From positions 58,466,001 to 58,530,000 of the forward strand of contig NC_042997.1 in assembly GCF_006345805.1 (NCBI RefSeq): a DNA stretch of 64,000 nucleotides. The letters run 5' to 3'. The position numbers and the translations under genes are program-made. This document shows positions 38,140-52,405 of this stretch, in pieces (the stretch's first letter is position 1; every line of letters begins with the position of its first letter). The notes below the pieces were generated by a model. It made no database searches. It had not been told where the DNA came from and saw only the letters and a program-made list of their open reading frames with translations. This stretch comes from Octopus sinensis. Its lineage: Eukaryota.

Positions 38140-39992
38140 TACAAGATTCCTGATAAGTGTTCTGGAAGTATGTGCACTCAAAGCAGAGACCCCACTCTCC
38201 AGTTGGTCCCCTTCGCAATCCCCACACAGGACAGATTACTGGCAATCCCGAAGAATGTGCAGAAATCATTGCTGGATGCTATGCCGGCATATTTACTGTC
38301 GAAGACCAAAATGTTCCATCTTCATCACCGCTGACATCGGACTCTATATCTACTATGCAATTTACACCAGCAATGTTACAACGCCACCTTAAGAATAAAC
38401 GCAACTATGCCTCTCCTGGTCTCGATGGTGTTACATACCTACTTCTCAAACGCGGTGGGTACTTTCTACTAAGCCAACTTTCTCTATTCTTCCAATTCTG
38501 TCTGGACAATGGTGTTACTCCAGAACTGTTCAAAAAAGGCGACCGCACATCGCCTGTCAACTATCGCCCCGTTAGTCTTACGAGCTGCATTGCCAAACTG
38601 ATGGAATCCTGTATCAGAGAAACCCTCTGGAACTTCTGGAAGTCTCACAGCCTCATCCAGCCGTCACAATTTGGATTTATTCCTAACCCCAGCTGCTGTA
38701 ATCAACTCATCGAGTTTCTTGAGGACGTTACCCAAATCACTGATCGCGGATCGTAGGTGGATGTCGTTTACCTGGACTTTGCTAAGGCTTTTAACTCTGT
38801 GCCACACAAAATCTCTCTGCGTTGGGCGTAAGAGACGAACTCTATAACTGGTTGAAGTCCTTTATTTACGGCCGAAAAGAGGTTGTCACAGTTCTAGGAC
38901 AGCACTCTTCGCCCTATGAGATGACATCTGGTGTACCACAGGGATCTGTTCTTGGCCCCTTTTATTTGTTGCATATGTTAATGACATAGATGCCAACTTA
39001 AAGAATGCCACAGTGCTGAAATATGCAGATGACATCAAGCTGTACCTCGAAATAAAGAGGTCAGATCCTGTTCACTATAGATCTCTATTGCAAGCAGACC
39101 TGGACACAATGCAGCAGTGGATCATGGACTGGCAACTCAAGCTGGCTGTGGACAAATGTACCACTATGCATTTTGGGAGGAGAAACCCAGCGTCCACCTA
39201 CTCCCTCCACAACACTAGTCTCAAAAAGTCTTCATGTGAACGTGACCTGGGTGTTATTGTCGACAGTGATTTGCATTGGACAAAACACATCGCTAAAATT
39301 GTCAAGAAGGCTGAGGGTGTCTTGGCATCACTCACCAAATCCTTTGTGAGCCGCTCTCCGACTATCTATCTGCGGCTTTATATAGCTATGGTAAGACCTC
39401 ACCTGGAATTTGCATCACCGGTCTGGAACCCGTATCATGCCCAGGATATCAATCGTCTGGAAGCCGTTCAGCGACGTGCAACCAAAAGAATACCCCCCAT
39501 CAGGCATTTGCCATATTCTGAACGCCTTACTTCCCTGGACATGGACACATTGAAACTCCGACGTCTAGCAGCTGACTTGGCAGACACCCATAAAATTATC
39601 AACCATCGCACAAACAATAACTCTGAGCACCTTTTCAGACTCCACCCATCTAACACCTGTGGACATATTTACAAAGTCAGAAAGCAGCACAGCTCCCATG
39701 ACTTTAGGAAACATTTTTTCACGCTGAAAGTTGCTGAAGCATGGAACAAACTGCCGGCATCAGTTGTTAGTTGTCGGAGCACTGCATCCTTCAAAACTTC
39801 CATGCTTTCTGAGATTCGCCAACACTACACCTGATTTTCTCCCCTCCATACACACACAAGCATGTACCTGACTCATGCATTGTTCGCTTTCCAGACATTT
39901 GTACACTACTGCATGTGCTTTATATGCACTGTCTGACAAGTTGTGGTGCACCTGAGCACTGTATACAATAATTTCATTATTATTATTATTAT
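38140..39992 (+). mobile_element. 5'-truncated CR1-type LINE (RT), pseudogenised, with (ATT)n tail
   Basis: FWKYV, KKGD..NYRPVSLTS, QFGF, stop at 38754 then VDVVYLDFAKAF, GVPQGSVLGP, KYADDIKL, RPHLEFASPVW; 3' end tttc(att)n. Confidence 0.92.
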
Positions 39993-40390
39993 AAGGGTAA
40001 ATACAATGAAGGTCTCAGTATTCAGGATTTGAATCATCTTTGTGCTTGGAAGGTAGAATTACTTGCAGAGGTTCATCAACTACCAAGTGATAAACTTACT
40101 CCACTAGAATGGAATTCTGTCAGACAACGACATTAAACTGTCACTAGTATTCTTAGAAGACTTGTTGGCTATTTCTCATAAATAGGTGGCCTGAATTGCA
40201 TATAATTAATGCATAACGGAATGTAAAAGGAAAAACATGAAAATCCACTCGCCCATTTCACTCTAAAGTTTAGTTAAACAGTATCTACGCTCCAGAACGG
40301 TGGCAAGAACCATGTTCGTGACACGGCATTCTCATTTCATTTAACTCTTGCTCGTACACGTCTCTCTTATTGAGGTAGTTCAGGCCTTAC

Positions 40391-40434
40391 ATTTGTTAAG
40401 TCCTTTTCACATTCATTTTGCAATGTGACACCGG
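40391..40434 (-). CDS. Candidate upstream exon (xGVTLQNECEKDLTN) of the monooxygenase-like gene
   Basis: Acceptor aacttcattttag, donor aat|gtaagg. 44 nt, phase 1 to 0, compatible with exon 28421; the GVxL motif sits at the expected position. Short, so it could be chance. Confidence 0.35.
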
Positions 40435-42049
40435 CTAAAATGAAGTTCACGTCTTAGGTAATACTCGTAGAATTTCATTTTGTAAAACTTGCTAAGGGAA
40501 TAGAACAAGAACAACACATACTACTTACCACTTCATGACTGTGCATTTGACTTTAGAAAATGTAATTTTAGAATTTACAGGGAATTACAATCTATCTATA
40601 TCAGCACGGAATAAACAGGGAATATAAACATTGAAGATGAAATACATTTCCAGCTCATATTAAAGGTCAAATACTTACAAAGTCTCATCAACAACAATAA
40701 CTAGTTTCTCCTAATACTGTATTGTATTCTTTTGGATCGAGTAACAATGGCGTCTCATATTTTCCCACTCCAGTTAATCTAAAAGATGCCAGTTGCAATA
40801 CTCCTACTAAACGAAATTAAATATGGCTTTGTTATTTGCTGAGCATATCAATTACAAGTCAATGGTAATTACAAAAGGATATGTTAATGTTACGTATATA
40901 TTTTTGTCATAATCCGAAACAACCTGTTAGATTTGCTAATATATCATTATAACAAACTGTGATGAAAAAATAATTTAGTTTGTAATTACGCCAGAAATGG
41001 CTGGGAGATTATGCAAGCATACACACGTACCATACAAGCATACACATGTATACATACGAACATACAGACACAAATGTAAGTGTATACATGTACGTATACA
41101 CACATACATATACACTTACACAAATATGTATATCTATATGCGCATACATAAGTGTGTGTGCATATGTGTCTGAGTATACACGTAAGATAATGTGAAATGG
41201 TGTAGGTGTAAATGCTTGCTTTCTAAAATGGCATAACGATCTAAAACTTGATCTTTGCCTTCAATGAATAGCCATAGCAGTCTGAAAAAAAAGTTTTCTT
41301 TTTTGCTATTACTGTTGTTGGGTGTTATTTTTCTATTTTCTGTTTGTTTAACCCAGGACAGCCTTGATCGGGAAGACTTAGGAACAATGACATTTTTATT
41401 ATGATTAAACCGTTTTATTTTCTTATCAAAAATAGTACATTTTGGACTATATTATCTAATTATCTAGTATGCTTACATTTTTAAAGCTGGTAGAGTGTTA
41501 TGTAAGTGTGATTTGACTTCTACAATCTGCGCGTCCGGCGACCACGTAGCTACTATGCCGTTGTTTCGTTGTCGATGTTTTGTTTTGTAACATTTCATAG
41601 TATTGAAAAGATTGACCATTTGATGATCCACCGACATATATACGCTTAGCACAAAAGGAGATAATTTATTTATATCAATTAGAGGTTAAAATAGGAAATT
41701 GTTCATTCATTACAAAGTTCTCACATCTCCTCCAACTAGGTATATATATATTTACAGCTAAGAAGATTGTACTACGGATGCTGTATGGCATTGCAGTCGA
41801 TCTAAGAGCTATTGATCTATCAATAAGCTATCAACTTAACCCAGAGGTAAACTTTTCAGCAAAGCGTGGAAACACAGACGGAGGTAAAATTTGAATATCT
41901 TTCCATTCGTATATTTATATACGCAAGTGTATACACATACAAACACACGGTCGCGTGCGCGCGTGATTTAGAATACATATTTATAATATCAGTAAAATCA
42001 ATTGACTGAATTTCTGTGATAAATCATATACATTAATATACTTTATCTT

Positions 42050-42370
42050 TTACTTGTTTCAGTCATTGGACTGTACCCCATGCTCGGGCACTGCCTTGAA
42101 GAGTTTAGTCGAATAAATCAACTCAGTACTTACTTTTTAAAGCCTGACACTTTTTTTATCGGTCTGTTTAGCTGAACCGCTAAGCTACGGAGACGTAAGC
42201 AAACAAGCAGCAGTTGTCACAAAGACACAAACACATATAGATATACACATATCCACACCCATATATACGTTTCCGTCAACCAAATCCATTCAGGAGCTCT
42301 TGGTCAACCCGGGACAATAGTAAAAAACATTTGCCCACTTTAGTGTTGTGAGACTTAACCTAATACTACA
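42050..42370 (-). mobile_element. SINE family B copy
   Basis: Reverse-complement match to the family B body and tail. Confidence 0.75.
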
Positions 42371-43061
42371 TGATTGGGAAGGAAGCTTCTTAACCACACA
42401 ACACAGCCCATGTCTGATACGTTTTATGGAAATTTGTGAGACTAGGAATTTGAAAGGTGTTGAAGTTGTTTTATTAACGGTATAAGAGAACTGAAATACT
42501 TTTCCAAGGGAACCGAAACGGAAACCAAAGGTGGCCTCCGTTTGTAAAATAGTGGGCAACTCATTCACAATAGTGAGTGGACACACCTCCGCACAAACTA
42601 TAGAATCCACCCATGAATCAATTTTGCCATTACAACATGTGACGTTTGCTGAGTCTCCTTTCAACATAAAAGATACAGGCGTTTTATCTGAATAACCAAA
42701 TTTTGGTAAAGACAGGGATCCATCCATCCATCCCTCCGTACGTACGTACACACATGCCTACTTACATACATGATGCTGATGATGGTGGTAGTCTCTTGAA
42801 GTCCGAGAAAGACGGTTTTTGCAATTTCTTGCTGAATTGCTTGCGCAAATTTGTTTATAGTAGTCAAATGTTTGTGCTGTGCATTAGCTCACTTCCGCTA
42901 CCATCAAATGGACGTTGCTTGTACAGGTGCACGATGTAACACACATCACGTGTGGTAGCTATCGCACAGCAGCATGAAGTGAAGTGTTTTGCTGAAGAAC
43001 ACAGCGGACCAACTGGTCCAAGAATTGAAACCAGGATCTCACGATCATACATACATACATA

Positions 43062-43250
43062 GGGGGAGAATTAACGAAAAAAATAAAAGACGAAGACAAG
43101 TGGTGTAGAAAACAAACAGATGTATTAGTATAACGCTCGCAAATAGAAAAAGTCTTTAACGTTTCGAGCCTACGCTCTTCCACAAAGGAACACAGAAAGA
43201 AACAAAGAGAGAAAAAATGTGTGTAGTGGCTAGCGATCTATCATGGCGAA
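43062..43250 (-). mobile_element. Solo copy of the same PLE terminal repeat
   Basis: Shares aagtctttaacgtttcgagcctacgctcttc and flanks with 35325-35530. Confidence 0.6.
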
Positions 43251-43252
43251 TG

Positions 43253-43283
<31 letters not shown>

Positions 43284-43906
43284 GTGCGTACATATGCACG
43301 TATGTACGTACACAAAACAATCTGATTTCATTGTTCAGTATTTCACAGACCTTGGAATGAAATTTGTTAAGCCAGAATGTGTATTTTTGTTGATAATATG
43401 AAGGAAACATGGTATGCCCTTCTACTCTTCCTCTAGAAAAACTAAATATGAACTGCCTGGCAATACAATCTGGTGAGAATTATCAGTATTTATATCGGAT
43501 AAGATATAGAATGCCAGGTTTTATGGATTTCTTGAGAAAGCAATTTCGGTTCTCTTACGCCATTAATGTAACAACTTCCAAACAGCTGTTTTTTTTCCGA
43601 ATGCCATAAAATTATCAGCCATTAATAGATAGATTTTATTTCAGGAATTCAAGCAAAAAAAAAAAGAGGAACAAAAAAAAAAACAAACACTGTGGTCATC
43701 AAAATTCACAGCCTAAAACATGCACAAAGCTCATAGCTGGTATTTACTGCCTTTTGTATAGAAATTACTCAATGGAGATATTTTGCTTCAGGGTTACGTA
43801 AGGTAACTTTCAAGGATGGGGAGATGCTATAAATTTATCGCTATTTCAAGCCAAGCTTTTAGTGTGATTTACTCCTTCGTGGCTTGCGGTTTTCATTTCA
43901 AACAAG

Positions 43907-43937
<31 letters not shown>

Positions 43938-44344
43938 CCCACCCCCACACACACTACATATACATACATGTATGTATATTATACGTCTGGGTATACATAT
44001 ATATGTATGTATACATGTATGTATACATGTATGTATGTGTATGTATACATACATACACATATATATTCATACGTACGTATGTATAGTAAACCTTGAGATC
44101 AATAGCCTCCCATTATTTCTATCGTTTCACTTAAATGTTTCAATATTTAAGTAATGATGAAAGTGTATCATACAAAGTTGTTGCAAACAAATGAAGAATG
44201 ACCTGAGGATATGGTATCAGACAAATAAATATGGCCGTCGGCACTTTCTTCTTACAACAAGGCAGCTCACAATACATTTCAGCAACACTACTGTTCTCAA
44301 TATTTAGGATAAATGACTGAGCTGTAGAGCAATACCACTCCATA

Positions 44345-45015
44345 AAAATTGGTTTCAATTTTTGGCACAAGGCCAGCAATTTCAGGAGAGTAGAGAAGTC
44401 GACTAAATAGACCCCCAGCGCTCAACTGGTACTTATTTTATCAACTCCGAAAGGATGAAAGGTAAAGTCGACCTCGGTGGAATTTGAACTCAGAACGTAA
44501 AGACAAACGAAATACCTATTTCTTTACTACCCACAAAGGGGTTAAACACAGAGAGGATAAACAAGGACAGACAAACGGATTAAGTCGATTATATCGACCC
44601 CAGTGCGTAACTGGTACTTATTTAATCGACGCCGAAAGGATGAAAGGCAAAGTCGACCTCGGCGGAATTTGAACTCAGAACGTAGCGGCAGACGAAATAC
44701 CGCTAAGTATTTTTCCCGGCGTGCTAACAATTTTGCAGCTCACCGCCTTCCTCTTCGTAAATACTAAAACCTATGAGATCCAGATATCAGCTAGAGCTTC
44801 CTCAAAAATCATATTGGTTTCAAATTTTGACACAAGGCTAGCTGTTACAGGGAAGGGAGCTAGTCGATTAAATAGTCTCCAGTGCTTGCCTGGTACTTAT
44901 CGACTCCTGAAAGGGTAAATCGACCTCGGCAGAATTTGAACTCATAACTTAAAGATGAACGAAATGCTGCTATGCATTTTGCCGGTGTGCTAACGATTCT
45001 GCCAGCTCGCCGCCT
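44345..45015 (-). mobile_element. Cluster of three SINE family A copies
   Basis: gtcgacctcgg..aatttgaactc repeated at ~44466, ~44651 and ~44920. Confidence 0.85.
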
Positions 45016-45135
45016 TCCTCTCCATAAATACTAAAACCTTTGAGATCCAGAAATCAGCCAGAGCTTCATTAAAAAATTATAATATTGAGAGCTAAAATGT
45101 AAATTTACATGCGTGTGTTTATTAGAATACACATG

Positions 45136-45412
45136 CCTGGCTCATAGGGCCGGTTTCTCGGTTTCCTTGGCAATTAGGTTTCCCCACCTGGACGGGACGC
45201 CGGTCCCTCGCGGGTGAGCTGCAAGATGCAGGAGGAAAAAGTGAGAGAAAGTTGTGGCGAAAGAGTCATCAGAAGTTCGCCATTACCTTCTGCCGGAGCG
45301 CGTAGAGCTTAGGTGTTTCGCTCATAAACACACACATCGCCTGGTCTGAGATTCGAACCCGCGATCCCTTGACAGCGAGTCCGCTGCTCTAACCACTAGG
45401 CCACGTGCCTCC
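45136..45412 (-). mobile_element. tRNA-derived SINE (family D)
   Basis: ggaggcacgtggcctagtggttagagc..gggttcgaatc (A and B boxes) followed by a non-tRNA body. Confidence 0.8.
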
Positions 45413-47746
45413 AGATATATAAGTTTACATGGGAAAAATTGGACACCGTGGTAAAAGTACGTTTTTTGTTCTTTGAGTCTAGAAAACAGATTGAACTCAT
45501 TTGTTTCTGAATGTCTCATCAGAGATCTAACAGTAGAAAGAATAATAGCTTATAGCTATTCATGGAATACACACACGGGCAGAAGTCGATTAGTTTCTCT
45601 TCTTTGTAGAACAGTGCAAATGTAAATGGATTAATTAGTAAACTCTCGGAAGCGCAATAGACAAGCAGACATATAATGTAAACGTACTAGCGTCTTTTGC
45701 TTTTAGCAAGCATACCTGTGATCTCGCTGAGAGAAAACAGATACCATAAATTAGTCTTGCTTGTTCTATAGCTGTATAGTGCTATTTAATTAAATAATTT
45801 AGTCATCCATGTTGAGTTTTGGTTGAATATGTATGTATTGTAAATAAAACTATCAGTTAATATTCTTGTCAGGAACGAGCAGCCACACACGCACACACAC
45901 ACACACAACACACACACACAATCCCCCTCATACACACACTTCATGAGGTGCATGCAGAACAGCAAGAATTCAAAAAAATAATGTATTTGTTTATACTCAA
46001 TACGTTATGGCTGATTCAAATGTGCGGTTGTTTTCATCATCCGAGAACGTCTCTTCCCTTTTAGACGGTGTTTGTTCATAACACACCCGATTCATCAATG
46101 TAAGGTGACTTTGAGGCACTACGATATTTCGACCTTATCGCATGTATCTTCAGTCAAAGCTATTCCGGAGCGATGAATCTATCAGGAGTACAGACTCTGG
46201 TTTTTAAAAATCAGCATAGAAATCATTTGCTGACGCGTCTGACAAGCAAAAATAATACATGGTGTACACAGAAACAGCGAGAATCTAAATGATAACATAT
46301 CTAATCAATTCCAATATGTTCTGGAACAACAGCGATATTTACATTTGAATATCTGCCTGAATGCATTGAAAATGGATACTACACACACACACACACACAC
46401 ACACATTTCAGTGTTTTCCTATTTCACGTGTTCGCAGCAAATGAAGCCACTTTTGATATTACACGCTGTTTATACGTGTGTGTACGTAAACATGAACAAT
46501 ATATTGAGATAATTCAGTCTTTGTTGATTCAAACGGGCAAGTGTACAACTGAATACAAATATCGTGACTCCTGTCTACTGCTTTAATTATCCGTGAATTA
46601 TATTTTGTGTTTTTGTTGAATTTCTAAGAAATGGAAAGAACCTTTAGTGCGAAACACTGTTTGGACAAATTGAAGTATTACTGTAGAATGTATGGTAGTG
46701 GCTTAGTTTTCAGCTGCTTTCGCGAACCGCTTTTGGTTCCTGGTTCGTAGGTATATTTTTTAAATTTAGTATATCGTTAAAAAAAACTTTTATCAAATGT
46801 CAGGACATTTTAAAGATATTGAAAGATATTGAAAGTTGTGAAATTTACAATATTTTTTCCTAATTACCCATTGATAAATAATAGAAGTTAAAAAAAATAA
46901 AGAATTTATAATCCTATATACTAACCAAAATGCCTACGCTGCTTGGGTTTTGGTTTACTCCGGTCAACTGGCGATCCTCTGACCGCGCGTAAATTTGTAT
47001 TGCATAATATAATTTTCATCTATCCTTGTATATGGTTGGTATATTTGTTGAAAACTTAGTTGCTATGTATAAATATTAAAAATTGTATCCATTTCTTTGC
47101 AGGACGTAGTTACAATCCACAGATCTTTGGGTTATAGGCCCAGCATGTTTCCAATGTACTACACTCCTCAACGAGTAATTAGACAAATATATAATGTATC
47201 ATTTGTTATATTGTCTGTTATGGGTTATATTTATTTCTATAAACTCATCCATCATGTTATTTATTTTTCATCATATTTATACATTGGATTGTCAAATGCA
47301 CAAAGCAGTAAACTACAAAATACACGCGGCGATACTGGGATGTTAATGTATTTACTGAAAGGTGATGTTTTATTCTGCCGATACACCGAAACCCATATTT
47401 GAAAAAATACAAAAAACATGTAGAGGATCTATGAGTTGTAAATTTTTCCGGCTGTCTCTTCATTTATCATTTTCATGTCAGCCAGAAGCAAACTAATAAC
47501 GCAGCACAGCGTGCAGTTTCCTAGGCCACAGGAGTTAAAAATGACACATCTTTCCGTATCGATCACTTAATACTGCAGGAACAAAAATCTACAGAAGCAT
47601 CATGACAAAAGACAGAATTATATTTAAAGACGTATTGGATGCCCCTTCTTTCTGCAAATACGATATTTTAAACGCGTAGGTCAAAACAACTTGATGCATC
47701 TTAGCATTATTAGTAAGATGTTGCATATAGAAAAAAAAACATGCAC

Positions 47747-47747
<1 letters not shown>

Positions 47748-47789
<42 letters not shown>

Positions 47790-47839
47790 CATACATACAC
47801 ACACACCATATATATATATATATATATACATACACACAC

Positions 47840-47905
<66 letters not shown>

Positions 47906-47921
47906 CATACACACACACACA

Positions 47922-47966
<45 letters not shown>

Positions 47967-48127
47967 CATACATACATACATATATATACATACATACAAT
48001 ATATATATATATATATACATACATATATACATATAAATATATACATACAAACACACGTATATATAATATATATGTACACACATATACGTATACATATATA
48101 TATATATACATATACGTATGTATGTAT

Positions 48128-48172
<45 letters not shown>

Positions 48173-48459
48173 GCATATATATATATATATATATACATGC
48201 ATATATATATATACATGCATATATATACATACATACAATATATATATACATGCATATATATATATACATGCATATATATACATACATACAAACATATACA
48301 TACATACATATATATACATACATACATATATATACATACATACATATATATATATTCATACATACATACATACATATGCATACATACATACATATATATT
48401 CATACATATATATATTCATACATACATACATATGCATACATACATACATATACATACAT

Positions 48460-48493
<34 letters not shown>

Positions 48494-48510
48494 TCATATA
48501 TATACATAAC
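47748..48510. repeat. Large (TA)/(TACA) compound microsatellite
   Basis: Direct inspection. Confidence 0.95.
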
Positions 48511-48524
48511 TTTAACCTCAATAC

Positions 48525-50024
48525 ATCATCTTATCAAGCTTACCATAAACCTAATAACAATGTCACATACACACATGCACAAAGTAACCATCCTTATAAT
48601 ATTATAAATAATCTAACCTCTAATATAGAAAGTAGAATTAACCTATAATAATCCAACGAGAAACTTTTAACAAGCACAAAGACTATTATAATTTAGCACT
48701 TAGGAAGGCAGGATATAAATATCGAAGTAAGTACAACAAAAACAACAACACCAATTCTAATTATCCCAAGAATTATCTAGATACTAACAATACTAATCAT
48801 ATAACTGAACCACATCAAATAGTAAATTAGAAAAAACAATAATATTCATCAGCAATACATTACCAACAAACACTAATCCTGCAACAACAATAAACATAAT
48901 AATAAACTCTATAAATATGAGCACGATAACCTCTCTAATAGAACGAATAATACTAATTTTACCAACCGAACCCACAAATCACCAAATACACTGTTAATAA
49001 TGTAATCAAACCCAAGTATACAGACAATAAATACCGAAAATAAATAACCATAGATAGAAATATGAACATGAAACCTACACACTTTAAAAATCAAACTTGT
49101 CCCGCTACTTCTCATTCTCCCAATAACTCACATAACAACATAACTCTTATAATAAAGTTAGGAGTAATAATATAGAAAAAAGAAAGCTATACCACATGTA
49201 CGAATAGATGACCCACAAAATATAAACTACTGCGACAATAAAGAATACAACAATAACATCATTTAGATCATAATTCCTTTTGCAAAACATCTAAAATCTA
49301 ATTTTATTAAATCCATTAGAAACATTATTAAAAAAAACTGTAAAACTCTAAATATTCAAAAATATTTAATAACAAAATGATCAGATTTGGATTTTCAGTA
49401 TCTTCTAACCTATTTAGGATCATCTCTTCATTTAACAATAGGAAACTAGACCAATTCTACAATAAAAAAACTCCTAATATACATGCTAACCCCAATAATT
49501 CCATATCAAATAACAACAATTATCAGAATAACATAACCTCAAATACCCTTAATACATATAGATATAACAATAGAGTACAAACTAATAGTTCTAATTGTAA
49601 TTGTAGAAACCCAAATACTTGTGAGGTAGAAGGTAACTGTAAAATGAAAGATGTAGTATACCAAGCAACAATTATTACCCATAATCTCTCAAAATTTATT
49701 CACATTGGATGTACACAAAATCCTTTTAAATTAAGATTAAATAATCGTAGATCATCTTTTAATGACCCTAGAAAAGAAAATAGCACAGGTCTATCCACAA
49801 AGGTTTGGCAACTGAAAAGAAGCAATATAGATTACTTGATTTCTTGGAAAATTATTTTTTCAACTCCACCCTATAGGCATAATAATAGGATCTGCAAATT
49901 ATGCCTAGAAGAGAGTTATAAAATAATGAAAATGAACGGTTCTCATGTAAATTCGAGAGATGAAAAAGCTTCTTCTTACAGACATATGTCAAAATTCCTT
50001 TTTCTCTACCAAGTTTTAAATTAA
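48525..50024 (+). mobile_element. Penelope-like element 3' part (RT thumb, Asn-rich linker, GIY-YIG), second family
   Basis: [21 protein letters not shown] and YNLALRKAGYK (RT C-terminus); CNCRNPNTCEVEGNC..VVYQA..HIGCTQNPFKLRLNN..STGLSTKVWQLK..CKLCLEE (endonuclease). Confidence 0.85.
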
Positions 50025-50559
50025 GATTTTCTTCGTTTTGTTGGCAGTGTCTTATTTATTTCCGTGTTACCTTAGATTCTAAATGAGCTTAATATGATAT
50101 TCTAAAATAGTATTTTTATGCATGATCACTTTCAAATTAGTTACATTAATGACATTAGACCTAATATTATACACACTTAGTCAAAATACTGTGTTTGCCT
50201 AGGTGAAACTCAGTAGGTATTCTAAGAAAGGGACGTTTTCTTACATTTTCTATAACAATTAAAATGTGAACTTTTGAAGAATTATTCAACTAGCATGCAG
50301 ATGGATGGAAAATTTTAAGATTTCACTTATATTTTACTTCAATTCAATCTGGGGGTGGAGAGAAAAAGTCTGAATTTAAAAGGTATTTCTTATATTTACC
50401 GTTTCAGCAACATTGTATCCTGGTTTAAGTTTTATTATTCATGAGAATCAGTGAATAATTTTCTTTTTAATTCTTGGAAAGCTAAATAATTTGCTGGTCT
50501 TTTAAAAGAGAGGTAGCTGACTAGACTTGTGATTCCATTGAAAGATATTTAGAATTCAT

Positions 50560-50706
50560 TTTTTTTAGATAGTGTTTTATTATAAGCAGAGTATATTATT
50601 CTGCTGGAGAAAACTAAAGAGTTTGATCTTTTCGTTGAATCTACTTGATTGTGATAAATATTTGTATATGCAAAACCATCCAGATCTCTGAATACCGTAT
50701 TTTTTC

Positions 50707-50770
<64 letters not shown>

Positions 50771-51140
50771 TACATATATACATACATATATATATACATA
50801 CATACATACATGCATATACTCATATATATATCCCTTTTCAAAATAAATGCGGATATGAACTGCAAAACGCAAAACCTCATATACTGCATTACCTGCCCAA
50901 ACTGCTAAGAAAATTACATTGGCGAAGCAAATAATTCCCTCTGCCAACGTGCAAGAATCCACAGGTAACATATCCGACAAGAGGAATTATGCAAAATTCC
51001 ATTAAGTAAGAATATGGAAATATGCAGCGATGGAAAATTCAAAGATTTTCCCCTTTACAAATGTGCACGGGATGATCTGCAATACCAAGAAGCAATGGAA
51101 CTACATACCACCAAAAAATTCTCTCCAAAATTGAATGTTT
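50560..51140 (+). mobile_element. Penelope-like element GIY-YIG fragment (degraded, interrupted by a microsatellite)
   Basis: FKINADMNCKTQNLIYCITCPNC*ENYIGEANNSLCQRARIH...KFSPKLNV*. Confidence 0.85.
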
Positions 51141-51439
51141 GAAGAGATTAACGAATATCGGCTCCATAGTCATCGACTATATCAATTGGATAAACCAGTG
51201 ATGCTTAAAGTGGCACTATCGTGCTCCTAGAGGATGTCAGAAGACCAAGAGGGTAGCTGTAAGGCGAAGGGGCGAGTAGTGATGTATGAGTGGAAGACAA
51301 TATGTGGTCAGATGGAAACATAGTAAAGTATACAAATGAGTAGTTACTTGTAAGATTGTCACCAGCGTTAAGTGTAGTGTGATCTTAGTTAAGGAATAAT
51401 ATTAAATAAAATTAATGATACAGATCGAGAATACTATAT

Positions 51440-51600
51440 CTTTTACTGATATTACCACGTCAGAACAAGAGAAATATCGGCAGAACATTATCGAATATTT
51501 ATCATATGGCTTTATTCCGATAGCTACAAACTATATTACCAATGTGTCTGATTTGCCAAAGAGCGTATTTCTAAGAATCATTGAAAATTTCAAGATTAGA
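51440..51600 (+). mobile_element. Possible hAT (Charlie/Buster-like) transposase N-terminal remnant
   Basis: KYRQNIIEYLSYGFIP resembles the RxYxxxYLxFGF start of BED-finger hAT transposases. The zinc ligands are absent. Confidence 0.3.
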
Positions 51601-52189
51601 CCAGCACTTGAAAATGAATAAATAGGTAAATGATATAAATAAATAAAATAGGAAGAAAAATATGAACCACACGCACACACGCTCAAAAAAGTAACTCATG
51701 CTGACAAAACAATGATTTATCGTATTTTTAAAACACTTCAAGGTTAATTTTCCGAACAGCCGACGTTGTCAAGTATAGTTTTCATTCGCATGAATGCAAG
51801 AAAATAATAAGGTTACACGTTTCTTAAAAAATTCCATTACTGATTGCCAAGTCCATTAAGTCAGATATTATTCGGCGAAAAGTTGATCCTGCCAGATGGC
51901 TGCGAGGTTGTATTATACCTGTTATGGAAACCAGCGACTGACCTAATAAAATTCCTTTGAACAATAACTCAACTAGGAGCTGGTGAACTGGGTAAGGTTG
52001 TGGAAAACACATTGTGCAATGTTTCGAGGCCTGCTTAATTTTCTCTACAGCTGGAGTGAATTATCTCTACAAGGAAATGAATTATTAAATGCCTGGCATT
52101 CTTAAACAGATACAAAAGTAGAGTTGATATTTCATGCTGAACAGTTTTTTTCCTTTAAAGTAAAGGCTACTCCTCTTGGAAATATAATT

Positions 52190-52405
52190 CAAACAAAATT
52201 TTGGTACAAGTGCACCCATTTAATGGAAGGGGAAGTCAAATACATCGACCCAGTATTTTTCTGATGTTTTATTTATCGAACCCGAAAGGATGGAAGGCCA
52301 AGTTGATTTCGAGGAATTTGGACTCAGATCGAACAGAATCAGAAGAAATAACTCTATACATTTTGTCCGACGCGCTAACAAACCTATCAACTCGTCGCCT
52401 TTCCT
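52190..52405 (-). mobile_element. SINE family A copy (degraded)
   Basis: caaaattttggtac..catcgacccag..ccgaaaggatg..aatttggactc. Confidence 0.7.

Noticed and set aside
42290-42751. 153 aa minus-strand ORF as a gene exon
   Set aside because: Its ends overlap a SINE and a repeat also seen inverted at ~43540; no Rossmann motif. Unresolved rather than disproved.
46118-46155. CTGAAGA...GAAA on the minus strand
   Set aside because: No credible stem I or stem II.
47681-48648. Long ORFs of Y/I/H/T/C/V repeats here and at 13802-14592, 17126-18166, 29359-29837 and 37134-37518
   Set aside because: They are translations of (TA)/(CA)/(GA) microsatellites, which lack stops in some frames.
51961-52038. 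TQLGAGELGKVVENT, similar to the receptor tyrosine kinase P-loop LGAGAFGKVVE
   Set aside because: Bounded by stops, no VAVK or other kinase motif, and no splice signals. A tBLASTn hit extending beyond the motif would revive it.
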